Shown one piece after another: positions 26,901 to 39,718 of a stretch of DNA of 64,000 nucleotides. The stretch covers positions 202,437 to 266,436 of the forward strand of contig QPMI01000484.1 in assembly GCA_004431415.1 (NCBI GenBank), written 5' to 3'. This DNA comes from Cyanophora paradoxa CCMP329. Taxonomy: Eukaryota; Plantae; Glaucophyta. Each line of letters begins with the position of its first letter. The first letter of the stretch is position 1. The position numbers were made by a program, and so were the translations under genes. Under the pieces are notes generated by a model. It saw only the letters and a program-made list of their open reading frames with translations. It was not told the DNA's origin and did no database searches.

Positions 26901-29900
26901 AGGATTACTGGGAGCGGCCTCGGACGACCCGGTGACTCCCTCGGGGAACGGTGGTCGGAGGGCGCCGCACGCCTGCGTCGGACGGTGCGCCCTCGCGCGC
27001 GCGCGGGCCCGTGTCGATATGCGAACTTCCGACTGAATTTCCGACGCAGCGGGGAGGAGCTGGGGCGGGCGCTGGCGGCTGTGGATCGCCTCTGCGCCGA
27101 GGGCGAGGGCGGCACGGTCGTCATCGAAGGCCCCGCCGGCGCGCGCGCGCCCCCAATCGCTCTGCTTTGCCGGAGCGTCTGCCGAGCGCCGCTGCGGCGC
27201 GCAGGGTACGGCAAGTCGCGGCTGCTGCAGGAGGTGACGCGGGAGTGCGCGGCGCGGGGCGTCCGCGTCCTGCGCGCCGACGCCACGGCCGTCGAGGTCC
27301 GCCGGGGCCGCCGCCGCCCGGCCCGCTGCGCCCCGCCCGCCGCCGCCGCCGGCGCCGACCGACGCCGACGGCGGGGCAGGAGTCGACGCCGCTGTGGGGC
27401 CTGCGGGGCCTCCTCGCGTCCGTGGCCGACGTGTCGAGCGGGGAGGCGCTACGGAGGGACCTCGCCGGCCGCGGCCTCGCCAGCGCCGCCGACGCCAAGC
27501 TCTTCTGGGACTGCCTCTTCGGCGCCTTCGGTGCGCCCCGTTTCTCGCGTCGTCGATCCCGAGCCGAGCCGCCGCCGCCGCCAACGCGGCCGCGTCGGGG
27601 TCGCCAGCGAGCGGCGCGGGGCCGGCCGCGAGCATCGACGGCAAGGCTGCTTCGGTTCAGATGTCCTTCAGGGTCCGGAACAAGCTGCCTCTGTACGGCC
27701 CGCTTCCCTTCTTCGGCGCGGGGTCGGTCGCCCGCCTGTCCAACGCGTTCTCGCGGTGAGCTGCAGCCCCCCGGCCCGCCCCCGCTCGCAAACTCCATCG
27801 TGCATCTCGTTTCGCGAACTCTGCGGCTCGAAGGCTTGTTCTGGCTTTGGAGCAAGGAGGAACCTCGTCAGCGGTTGGTGCCGAGCGTGAGCCCGTTGAC
27901 ACTGCGGAGCCTGCACCGCTAGCTGTAGCTGTCGCGCACCCCGCACCCGCCAAGCGCGTCGCCATAGTGCTCGAGGTTCGCGTCGTGCTGCCGCATCTCT
28001 ATCTGGTCCACTAACCGCCGTCGCCGTCCGCCGCGCAGGACGCCCACTGGTCCGTTTGTTTGATCACGGGAACCCCGCGTCCCCGCCTCTGTGCTGTCTA
28101 AGGATGCTTCTCGCAGGCTGGACTCGGCGAGCTGGTTCGTGGTGCGCTGCGTGCGCGACACCGTCCGCTCGGCGCTGCTCGTCATCGCGTCGCGGCCCAT
28201 GCCGCCTGCCTCCGTCCCCCGCGACTACCTCATCCTATCAGGGCAGGTGCGATCGTATTAGCGCTGCTTGCGTTTGTTGGGCCTCGGCACTGAACGGGAC
28301 GGGTACAGCTGGACGACACGGCGGTCCATCTTACGGGCGGCGGAGGCGGGGAGGAAGGGCCGAGGCTGCCTCTAGCCGCAGCAGCCAGCAACGGCAGCCC
28401 TCAGAGAATTATGGACGATGGCGAGCAGCCGGTCCGGATGAAGGCGGCCGCTCTCCCAAGCGCGGGCTCGGGCCGCGAGGACAACGCCATCGGACACGCG
28501 TACGGAGCCAGGAGGCCATCCAGAGCTAGAACGCCGACCGAATCCAGAATGCAAAGCGAGCAGGCGGCGCAGATGATGAAAGAGGGAACCGGTATGGCCA
28601 CTCTCTCGCTGCAGCTGGGCTCGGATCGGTTGGAAGAGGGCGGCGATGGGGTCGGATCCGGGGCAAGAACGCCATCCGGGCGCACAGCGTCAACCGGTCC
28701 CAAGACTCCAACCGGGCGCAAAGCGTCAACCGGACGCAAAACGCCAACCGGGTCCAAAACGCCAACTGGAACCGAAACGCCACCCGAGGCCAAACTGCCA
28801 TCTCCCTCAATGCCCAAGCTCGACCCGATCTTCCACGACGGGATGCTCCCGCCCCTTCGCCACCCCGTGCAGGCGCGCCCGCTGCTGCCTCCGCCCCGCC
28901 CCGCCCCGCCCGGCCCTCGCTTCCACTCGCTGCGCCCCGCCCGGCCTCAACCGTCCCCACAGGTCTCCCTCATCCGCCTCGGGCCCCTCCCGCCCGACGC
29001 GGCTCGCGCCCTCTTCCTCGTGCGCCCCCTCAGCTCAGATCAGATCGGATCAGATCTGACCTGACGCCGCTCGCGCAGAGCCTCGCGGAGCGCATGTCCG
29101 TGCGGCTCCCGCCGGTGCGCGCGCGCCCTCCCTCGCCCCAGCGCGCCGCTGCTCCGGATCCGTCGCCAATGCCGGTGGCGGCAGGCGGCGGCGGAGTCGG
29201 TGCTGGCGAAGGCGGCCGGCGTGCCTCTCTTTCTCGTCGAGCTCTGCCGCCACTCCCTCGCCGGCCCCGCCGCCCCCGACTTCGTCGTCCCGGACTCCAT
29301 CCAGGTACCCCCCCCCCCCCCCCCCGCCCCGCCTGATCGCAACGCGGCGCGCAGCAAATCGTGCTGGCGAGGACGGACCGGCTGCCGGCGCGCGCGCAGG
29401 CGGTGCTGAAGGTGGCCGCCACGCTGGGCTCGGGCTTCACGGCCGAGTCCGTGTGGGCCGTCGCGGGCGGCGCCAGCAGCCCCGAGCGCGTCCGCCGCGC
29501 CTTCCGCACCCTCCGCGCCGCCAACCTCATCCTGGTGCCTATCGCAGCCGCTCGCCGCGCCTCCGCGCGTTTGTTGACGGCGGCGGCAGGAGCGGGAGGG
29601 GGGCCCGGCGCCGCCCAAAGAGATCGAAGACCTCGACGAGGGGGACGAGGACGACGAGGAGGACGGGGGACAGCCGGCGGCGGCCTGGCCCCCGCTGGAC
29701 CTGCCCTTCTCGTTCTTTCACGCCCTCACGCGGGTCCGCACGCGCTCCTTTGTGAATGTAGGTGCTTTAGCTAAACGGGCGGGCTCGGCGGCAGGACGCG
29801 GTGTACAACGCGATGCTGAGGACGCAGCGGCGGGAGCTGCACGCGGCCGCCGGCCGCTGGCTCGAGGCGCGCTCCAAAGACGACGGCCACGACCTCGCCG

Positions 29901-32900
29901 CCCTCGCGTGCGCCCTGGCCCCGCCCTGCGCGCCCCCAATTTCCACATTTCCGACGAGCCGCGCGCGGCCGGTGCGCGTGTGCAGGATGCACTACCGGCT
30001 CGGCGGGATGCCGGAGAAGGCGCTGGGGTACCTCGTGCGCGCCGCCGAGCACGCGATGGCCACCAACGCACTGGCCGAGGCCGGTGCGCGAATTTCCCTC
30101 GAATTTCCGCCCGCCCCGCCCGCCCGCCCGCCCACGCGCTTCGGCAGCGCGGCTCAACGCGGAGGTCGTGGAGGCGATCGACGGGCTGGGGCTGGCGGGG
30201 CCCGACGCGCCGCCCGTGCCCCGGGCCGCCCGCGCGGAGGCCGAGGCCCCCGCCGGCCGCCGTCCAAGCGAAGTCGACCCCTCCGCGACGCCGGGCGGCC
30301 CCGGCAAGCAGGCGGCGTGGGCTGTCGTGCGTGGTTGCGCCCTTCGAAGCTGGGCCCTTGTGTGCTACTACGAGGGCAAGTTCCAAGCCGCCCAGGAGCT
30401 CGCCGTGCGCTGTACCCCCCTCGAGCCTGCCGCTTCTTTTTTGACGTGTGGGCAGGCGGCGAGCCTGGAGACTCTTGGGGAGCCGCTCGCGCAGAACATG
30501 CGGTCGCCGCTGGCGCTCGCCCGGGCGCTGTTCAAGGTCTGGCGCCTCGGCCAGCAGAAATCCGACGCGGCGCCCCCGACGAAAGCTGCCGCCGACCTCC
30601 TCGCGAGCCCGACGCTCCTCGCCCGGCGCCAGGCAATCCTCGAGTCCTCTCTAATTGTCCTCTGGTGCGAATTTGGAGCTCTCCATCTCGCCCCTTCCTT
30701 CCCGTCGCGGCGCTAACGTCGAGATCATAGCGCCGTCCTTATAAATCACTTAGTCCTAAGCTTCCTTATAAATCACTCAGTCCTAAACCCTTTTTATGTT
30801 CAGGTCGCTCTCTCGCATCGGGGCGAACCACGCGCGTTCGAAGGAGCAGCACGCTCGGCTCATCACGCCCATATCGCGGGCGTACGAGATCAGCCTCGGC
30901 ACGCCCGGCGAGGCCCTCGGTCTCGCCGACGTTCGTGTCCGCGGGAACTTCACAGGTCCGACTCTCTTGCAAAGAAAGACCTAGAGCTCTGGTTTGAGAT
31001 AATTGAAGTCTTCTATGTCCTACTCTTCAACGAGAGTCTTGAAGACCATCTAATTTATAATTATAACCCGTCTAACCCATCTACCTACGCTGCTGCATCG
31101 ACCTTCGCTATCTGAGATCGCCTGACTCGTATGGATACTATTACTCCAGTGATGCTGGACGCGATACGATACTATTCTGCCGATTCTTAGCTTTAATTTT
31201 AGTAGTTCTTAGCTAATCTGAGCCTTCTATTTATTTATGCAGTGATGCTGGACGCGCTGGGAGGCCGCGGGCGGGCGCGCGCCCTCCTCGACGGGGTCGG
31301 GGCGCTGGCGGAGCGGCTCGGCGGCGGCCTCGCGAGCATGTCCGTGTGCCACCAGCGCGGCATGCAGCTCTGCCGCGAGGGCCGGTGCGCCTTGTAGAAC
31401 TGCCAGCTGCCCAAATAAACCGCCGCCTCTTGCAAGCACATATCGCCGCTCCTTGCACATAAGTATCATATCGACCGTAGACACAACACATTCGACCCCG
31501 GCCCAGCCCGCGCCGGCTCGCCCCTAGCTGCGCCTCACCGCTCACCTTCGACTATGGCCAGGTTCACGGAGGGCGTGGAGGCGTTTGCACGGACGGTGGG
31601 GCTCGGAGGGGACCACCCCGACAACCTCAACAACCGCTCTTCCCTCGGCCTTGCCCTCCTCCTCACGGTCCCCGAACCCGAAGGCTTAAACTTCGACCTC
31701 GATTTCAGCGCTGAGTTTTCAGCGCAGGGCAACCTCGCGGCGTCGGAGCGCACGTACGAGGAGGCCGCCACCTTCAACTCGCGCCTCGGCCTCTCCGAGA
31801 CCTGTGCGCCCAGTGCAATTTTCGCAAGCCGCGACATGAATGTCTAGACATATTCTATCTATCTATCTATCTATCTATCGATCGATCGATCGATCGATCT
31901 ATCTATCTATCGCCTCTCCGAGACCTGTCCGCCCCGCCTCCGCCCCCGATACGGAGCCGCCGCGGCCTCTGATTCTTGACACGTGCGCGCAGTTGTGGCG
32001 ACGTGCACCGCGGTCAAGTGCCTCGCGGCGCTCCTGCAGGGCCACTAAGACCGGGCCGACGCCCTCTTCCAGCGCTCCCGCGCCGTGCGCCCCTTCAGTT
32101 ACTTCAAAGTCCAGCCTTGACTTTAATCATGAGAGTTCTGACTCTGAACTTTCCCCGTCTCAGACTCTGTCCGAGGAGCGCATCGGCCGCGCGTGGTACA
32201 TGCAGACCACCGGACTGGCCGGCGCCGTGCGTTCGCTTCGTTTCATGCGCGCGCGCCGCGCCGCGCGCGGAATTCATTCTAAACGCAACTATATATGAGG
32301 GCCATTATATGAGATAGGTGCTGGCGTGGCGCGCCGGGGACACTCTTCCATTACTATTAGACAATACTATAAGATTACCATTACTATACAGGCAACCTAT
32401 ACGGTGCAACCTACTATACTACTACTAACTGATTGCTATCTCTCTCTGTAGGTGCTGGCGTGGCACGCCGGGGACGCCCTCGCCGCCCTCCGCTTCTTCG
32501 AGGGGGCAGCCGCCTTCCTCGCCAACGAGATGCGGACCCTCCTCTGGCACCGGATCCGTGAGCTCTGATTTCGAACTTCCTGTCTAAGCTTCCTGTTCCA
32601 ACTACGATTCCATGATCTAAATTTAGCTAGCTATAGTTCCCTCGCCTCCATCCTACCTCTGGCACCGGATCCGTGAGCTCTACTCTCCCTCTGTCTTCTA
32701 GATCTTCTAGCTTCCTATGCCTGTCTAAAGATCTATCTATCTCTTAGCTTCTATGATCTAACTAACCAACATAATCTAACTAATGAGCTTGAATCTAACT
32801 AAATTAAATATCTATCTATGATCTCTAAGCTAGTTCCTCTGGCACCGAATCCGTGAGCTTCGAATTAGAATTTCTTTCTATGTCTTCCTTCGAGCCTAAA

Positions 32901-33757
32901 GCTTGTCTAAATTAAAGCTTCCTTGATTTGAATTTGCAGTCTTCCCCCTCGCTGTCTTCCTTCAGGCTTTTCGCCGACTGACCCCGGCGCCCCGCGCGCG
33001 CGCGCGCGCGCGCTGCGGCAGTCCTCCCGATCCTCCTGAGTGACTTCGCTCTAACTAACTTATCTATTTATGATCCAACTGACTAATCTTTCTAACTAAC
33101 TATTTATATATGATCTAAGTAGCTAATCTAATCTAACTATCTAACTCATCCCCGGCAGTCCTCCCGATCCTCCTCTGTGACTTCGCTCTGTGGTGGCTGG
33201 ACAGCGCCCGCGCGGCGGAGGCGGAGGCGGAGGCGGGGGCGGGGGCGGGCCGCGCCCGACGCCCCGCCCCGCCCGCCGGCCTCTGGGGCCGCCTCTGCGG
33301 CCGCTCGCGTGCACGTGGCGGCCCTCGCGTGGACCCCTGGCAGCTCGACCCGGCGGCGCCTGCGCCGGCGCCGGCGCCGGCGCTCCCCGCGGAGCTGTCG
33401 GACGTGCGGCGGGCCGAGGCGTTCGCCCGGCGGGCGGCCGCGCTGCTCTCCGAAGCCTCCCGGCGGCGCCTGTCCGCTCTGGCGCCCTTTGTGGAGCTGG
33501 CGGCCGCGCACCTCGGCCGCCCGGGCCGCCGCGCCGGGCGGCTTCGGGCGGCGAGGGACGCGTTCGGGCGGAGCGGTCTGCGGCCGTGGGAGGCGGCGGC
33601 GGGCCTGCAGCTCGCCCGCTGGGCCGGCGACGCGGCGGAGGCGGCGGCGGCGTCGGAGGCGGCCGCCCGCGTGGCGCGCGAGGCCGGCCTCCGCGCCCCG
33701 CTCGCCGCGGGAGAAAGTGGCCCTTCGCCGGCCGCGGTCGTCTCACTCTGGGTCTAG
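23988..33757 (+). CDS. Soluble adenylate cyclase-like protein, copy B (inverted paralogue; 3' part possibly pseudogenised)
   Basis: Same motifs as copy A in mirror order, ending ...VSLWV-TAG at 33757. In-frame TAA at 32046-32048 where copy A has CAC; duplicated exon fragments at 31-33 kb. Confidence 0.75.
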
Positions 33758-36201
33758 CCCGCCCGAGGAGGCATTACGCCATTATCAATATATATGTATC
33801 CGGTTTGAATGCATCTGGAGGAATACTACTATTATGTAATCCTATGAATCTGCTCTGGCTCGGCTATGTTCAGCAAGCTTAAGCTCAATATATATAGGGG
33901 AGAGAGAAGCCGGCGTCGGCCCCAGCGCCAGCTGCATCGCTGCATTGCCCGCCGCTGCGGAATTCGAACCCGTGCAGGTAGCGCTAGCCTAGTAGCGCTG
34001 TGGGCGACGTCGACTTGATACACCAAAATTAAAGCCGCGCATGCAGCTGCGCATGCACGGCGCATGTTAACGTTGAAGCTTAAGTATCAATCAACATGCA
34101 TCGCGGCGGCTGCAGGCGATCTCACAATCGACGACAGCGCGCGCCCGTGAGGTGCAAGGTGCGAGCCTCGGGGGTGCCCCGCCGCTTCGAATTCTTGAAC
34201 GGAAGCACGCCTAGCGCCTCCGCCACACCCGCGATCGCGAGGGATCCAAATCTAGATTGAGATCCCTCATTTCCTTCATCATTTCCTTGGCCTTGGCTGT
34301 AGCTAAGAAGCTAAGAATGCTAGCTAATTGTTGTCGGCCGTGATATGGCCATGGGTCGCTCATCAAAATGCCCATGATGGCCCAATGGGAGGTTTTTCAC
34401 CAGAGGGGCCCATCTATATCTATATAATTAACTACTAGGCTTAGGCTTGATCTAGAAACTAGAAACAAGACTTTGTGGCCAACTGATCATGAGCACGTTT
34501 GATTTAATCATTATAATTTATGTATTCAGCGATAATCGTACGTATACAGTAGTTCTGAGCGAGCGAAACTGGAACGAAAGTGGGCGATCCTGAGGACGCG
34601 TGAATACAAATGCGCAAGATCTGCGTATATATTTATTCTAGAGCCTCGGAGTGATCCGAGGCCTAGGCGCCAACATTAATAAATATATTGGGGAAGGGAA
34701 AATCACTTCCCCTGTCCCTGTCCCTCGGGCCCAACCCTACCCCAAATCCCATTTCCCCGACCTCCGCAAAACCCGGGCCGCGCGGTATATCCTGAAAGCC
34801 CATCACAAGGGGATCCCGAAACCATGTCTCCCGGTCCCGTCCGACCAAAGGGTGATCCAGGAACAGGCACCAACACCCGGGACAAAAACGGGTCCAGCAA
34901 CGCACAGGGAGCAGATGTACGAGTCAGACCAGTTCGAGGTTGTTGCCCGTATCATGCCCGACATTCCGTTCTGCGGGAGCGAGGCCGGGCGCGTGCGCGG
35001 TCGCGTAGGAGGACGCCGCGTGCGCTAGCCAATCACATTGGAGAGTGCGTTAACTTACCCTGCGAAACCTCTTAAAGTACCCCCCGGCCGCTTTCTCCCT
35101 CCCCCCAGCGCTTCCTCTTCAGCTCGGCGCCGGCCGCGGCTCCAACTGTCACGCCTCTCTCGCGCGCGTGGCAGTTGCTCTAGCTAGCCGCGCCAGCCGC
35201 GCACACCGGCCACGCGCGCAAGCGGGCCACGCCGGCCGTGCGCTCATGGCCACGACCGGCCGTGCTAGTTGCAACAAGTCCGACGGTCGCTGCCCGCGCC
35301 CCCCCTGCCACTTCCTACACCCGCGCCGCCGGCCCCGCCCGACCGCTTTCCGAAGTTCTCGAGCTCACTCCCGCACAGCTCGCGATCCGATGATCGGATA
35401 GCGCTCTCAGCGCTTGGCAGTCTGCTGCAGCTGTACATGTCGCTAGCCGCGCGCGCCAGCCGCGCACGCCACAGCCGCTCCAACCGCGCGCGCGCATGCA
35501 GATCGCGCGCGCTTTGCCCGCGCATGCGCATGCAGATCGCGCGCGCGCGGAGGCCAGCCTCCAAGGCAATTGCAAGCCTCGGCCGCGCGCCTCCCCGAGT
35601 CAAGTGCACGTGCAGGCACATAAGGTTCGATTTGTGATCATATATATATATGCGCATGCATGAGCTCGAGCTATGGCCATCGCGGGCCGCGCCCCGGGCC
35701 CGGCGCCCGGGGCCCGCGACCTACCTCTAGCTATATAGATCTGGCCTAGCCTCGAGCTCGAGCTCGCGTAGGCCTCGAAGACAGCTCGCCTGGCATGGCC
35801 GCCTTAAATTCTGCATTTCAAGTTTCTTCCTCCAGCTCCGAGGCTCAGCGGCTTTGTTCCTTTTCCGGCCCGCCGGCCGAAGTCTCTAGATCTGCTCTCT
35901 AGCATCTAGATCTACATCTTTGGATTCGCCGAGGTTAAATTCCCTTCCCCGGACCCAACTGACGCGCACGGCAAGTCAGTGGCCCTTTATTTAATGGTGA
36001 AGCGGCAGCCCCGCGAGAAGGGCGGCGGTGCACGTGGCCGCCGCGAGGGCGCCGAGGAGAGCCCCGAGCGCCGACGGCGAGCTCGGAAGGGCGCCCGAGA
36101 TGTGAGGCCACGCGTACGGCACCACGGCCGCGGCGGGCGCGCTGGCCCCCGTCCACACCAGCGCCTGCAGTTAAAACACAGTTTAAAAACGTTATGATTA
36201 C

Positions 36202-38244
36202 CTACATATTTCTGAGCGAGCGAGAGAGGCGCCGATCGCGAGGCACACGTATACGTACGTTGGTGAGTGTGATGGGGGGGAACGCGTCGGTGAGGCTGAT
36301 GACTCGGATGGAGTAGCCCGTCGAGGTCCCCGCAGCAAAGGGCCCCGAGGTCTGAGCGGAGGCGCAAATGATTATTAAAAAGTTATCAAGTTTCACCCCA
36401 TCGACATCTCTCGCTGCTTTGAGCTCGAGTTTATCATAGTATCGACATTAACGTTGAATTGCACGGCTCGCACCGGGATCGCGAGGAGCGAGCGGGAAGC
36501 CTTGCGCGCGATCGATCGCGAGGGTGTGGGGCTCGGAAGGCCCGAGCTCGTTTTGTTCGCGTTGCACGTGTCCAGAGCGGGCACCGCTGCGCATGCGCCC
36601 CGATGAGACTTGAGTCGCGGAGCTAGCGCTCTAGATCTGAATCGGCTGGAGCGCGCGCACTGAACCGAATCTCAAGCTCCGTGCTGCGCGTGACGGCGGG
36701 GTCACTCGCCTCGCAGGACGCGCCCGTCGCCGGGTCGACGATCAGAATCCGCAGCCGCGCCCCCGTTTCGAAGGGGAAGCCTTCCCCAAAGATCTGCGCG
36801 ACGCCTCCGCTCTGCAGCCGGCGCGTGGGGTTATAACTACGCGTGGCTGGCTGCAGCTGGCGCCGCGGCCGGGGCCGGCGACCGCGACGGCCGAGGCGCG
36901 AGGGGAGCGCACAAGGGGCGACTGGATGAAGGGAGCCGGCGCCTGCAAAGCGTTCGACTCGTCCAGTGTGGCATTGTAGCCGCTGAGGCTCTTGGAAACC
37001 CCGCCCATGGCGGCGCGCGTGATCGTCTGCAGAAACGCAGGCCGCCGCGGCCGCCACGATTATAATTAGCTGCGCAGTGAAAGAAACTAAAAATATATCG
37101 AATTTCAACAGTACTTGCCGGCTTGGAAGGCTTCGAGGGGGAGGGGCTGCGCAGACAAACACTCGTTCAGATGATCACCGGCCGCGGCTATATTAATTGT
37201 CGAGCTGGGCGGAATTCGAAGCCCATGCTAGCTGATTATGTAAACAAGCGATTTAGAGCTATCATGCCCACTCCATTGGGTCAAACCTATGTCCTTCAGA
37301 CGGGCCGCCCGTTTCCCCCGCCGCGCGGCCTTTCAGGCCGAATAGTTTTGCAACTGGGCCAGCCGTTGGAGCCCCCTTTAATTTAACGCGCGATAGCGGA
37401 CTCACGTCGGGGACGGGGTCACCGCCAGGCAGACCCCGCTTACGTTCTTGAAGCCGGCGGTCTCGTTGCAGAAGCACGCTGGCCTCTTCTGGTACCGGAA
37501 CCCGGGGGACGGCGCCGGCCTCGGCTGAGCCTGCTGGTTGGGCAAGCTGGTCGACACTTGCTCTTCCTTGATGATTGTCTCTCCGCCTGAGAAAGGGGCA
37601 AACGAAATCAGAAATGAAAAGCACGTGCATCTCGAATTCGAATAACAGCGACCGCGCGCCCAGCCCGGCCAATTGCAACTCACCCACACACGTTCGGACA
37701 CAGAAGTGATTGAACCCCAAGGGCGGATCGAACGTTTCGAATCTGCGCATACCGTTACCCCCTAATTATATAAAAACATCGACACAGGATGTGCAATTAA
37801 TATTGATATTGGAGGCAACCCATAGCTAGAGATAAATATTAATATTGACGGCGCGCACGAATACGGGACGACTGTCAGTTCCGGCGGGCAAATACATAGA
37901 GGTGCCGCACTGGCTCCATTGTAATACAGCTGACCGTACATGTAATCTCCTGCAACCGAACGCTATTCAGTCGTCGAAACGTAATTATTTTATAGACAGG
38001 GAATCGGCGAATGCGCACCCTCGGCGCAAGTGCGCACGCAGTAATCCGCAGTAGTGGGTGAGAACGCCGCCCCAGGAGATGGTGAGTCCTTCCGCACAAG
38101 CCGGCTGGCATTGTACAAGATGCGATTGCCGTAATTGAAGGACCCGTCGTGCACAGAAAGCCCCGGTTCGAGATCTCTGCGGCATACTGTGAGTTTATGT
38201 GCGAATTTAGCCATAGATATTTAAGATCTCTGCGCATGCGGCAG
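36202..38244 (-). CDS. 3' half of a host Cys-rich secreted/surface protein gene interrupted by the viral element (ends approximate)
   Basis: Exon-like segments VCRRDLEPG...DYCVRTCAE, QKRPACFCNETAGFKNVSGVCL and GGVAQIFGEGFPF...(IPT/TIG-like). Same strand and Cys-rich style as the exons beyond the right TIR. Confidence 0.45.
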
Positions 38245-38727
38245 GCTCGCTGGGAGGTGAACCCCACTAATTCCCGCCGACCTATTTCAGTGAGCAAATA
38301 TAAACCATCCTTTATTCTCAGTCACAAATTAATAAAATCGCTCTATTCCGCACTGAGCCACACTGTCTTTTATAAACCTCTCATGCATCCTTACTAAAAC
38401 CAATCACGAAAACCTACATTTCATCTTCTCTCCGATCTCTTACCATTCTCAGTAAGCCCTAAACCCGTCCCCCGATCTCTCAGTAAGGCACAGTAAGACC
38501 CCATTATTACGAAATGTTCCCGATCGTTGCCGGACTGTTTTCAGTAATCCAAAAAGAAAACCGAGGTGAACCCCACTGAGAGAGTACGATGATAAGTACG
38601 AGATCGATTGCGTTCGCAAGTTTGTGCATCTGCAAGCATGCCGAAAATGCCCACCTGCACAAACTTGCGAACTCAATCGAAATGTACTGGAACCACTCGC
38701 GCCCCGCCCACTATGCAAGATACATGC
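38245..38727 (+). repeat. Left terminal inverted repeat (483 bp)
   Basis: Reverse complement of 61637-62117; the only differences seen are two single-base homopolymer indels. Contains GAGGTGAACCCCACT twice (38254, 38563) and several CAGTAAG motifs. Confidence 0.97.
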
Positions 38728-38777
38728 GAACAACATGCGAGATACATATATAAATTGTTTTTCTCTTCCTATAATAA

Positions 38778-39587
38778 ATGAAGACTCACTTTTACCATAA
38801 ATATACCGGCAACAAGTATAATGAAATGGATACGATCTATCCATATATCGATTTAGAAGGAATTAATAAAGTTATAGAACCGTTTTGTGGTTCAGGTGCT
38901 TGTAGTTTCTATCTTTGGGAAAAGCATAAAGACCGGTTTGATTATTATATGAATGATAACGACGAAACCCATACCCTTTTTTTGAATACAATGAAAGACC
39001 CAGACAATAAAGTTAAACTCTTAGAGAGTCTTAAACAGTTCGAAGCAGTAAGCAATATAGAAGAGCATAAAGAAGTCTATAAGAAGTTTCTACAACATGA
39101 TCGTAAAGATGCAATGGATTACTTAGCTCACCATTTCTATCTTCTTAAAAACAGCGTTTTAAATGTTAAAACCCTCCGTGATTTCAAAAAACGAAACGTG
39201 AAGGTGAGTCCATATACAACTCTTAAAAAGAAGATGCCTTACGATGATTTCATAAAAGGAGTCAACCTATCCCATGGGGATTTTCGCGATATTGTAGCCA
39301 AATATAGAGATGACGAAGCGGCTTTTATATTTCTCGATCCTCCATACGTAAACAGCAATAATGACTTTTACGAAAATGTAGAATTCGATTTAGAAACCTT
39401 CTTTTTGGATTTGGAAGACCTATTTAAGACAGCGAAATGCAAGGTTATGATGGTTGTAAATGATGCTCTTTTAATGAAACTCCTATTTAAACCCTATATT
39501 CGCCATACGTATGGCAAAGTGTATGGTATAACAAAACGAAAAAGGAACCATATCATAATGACTAACTATGAACTTGGTGAAAAATAA
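38778..39587 (+). CDS. DNA N6-adenine methyltransferase (Dam/D12-like)
   Basis: Motif I IEPFCGSGA near the N-terminus and catalytic motif IV FIFLDPPY; 269 aa, intact. Confidence 0.9.
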   Translation: MKTHFYHKYTGNKYNEMDTIYPYIDLEGINKVIEPFCGSGACSFYLWEKHKDRFDYYMNDNDETHTLFLNTMKDPDNKVKLLESLKQFEAVSNIEEHKEVYKKFLQHDRKDAMDYLAHHFYLLKNSVLNVKTLRDFKKRNVKVSPYTTLKKKMPYDDFIKGVNLSHGDFRDIVAKYRDDEAAFIFLDPPYVNSNNDFYENVEFDLETFFLDLEDLFKTAKCKVMMVVNDALLMKLLFKPYIRHTYGKVYGITKRKRNHIIMTNYELGEK

Positions 39588-39718
39588 CGACTCAGTCGTA
39601 TATATATTTCGTATATATGTCCGAACCTCCGTATGTATGATCCCGCCCAACTTCCGATTTTTTACTTTACTTTTTTACTATATTTTTTGGTTTTTTCACT
39701 TTTTTTCGCATATGACGA

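Noticed and set aside
14172-33882. Many long Arg/Pro/Ala/Gly-rich six-frame ORFs
   Set aside because: Artefacts of very high GC and read-through of short introns; the real coding signal is the spliced cyclase-STAND gene.
34300-35100. Possible solo LTR or small TE (lower GC, 125-aa ORF at 34651-35028)
   Set aside because: No terminal repeats, TSD or protein motif could be established from this window.
38149-38844. ORFs overlapping the TIRs (mirrored at 61653-62358)
   Set aside because: They appear at both ends only because of the inverted repeat, cross the element boundary and show no protein motifs.
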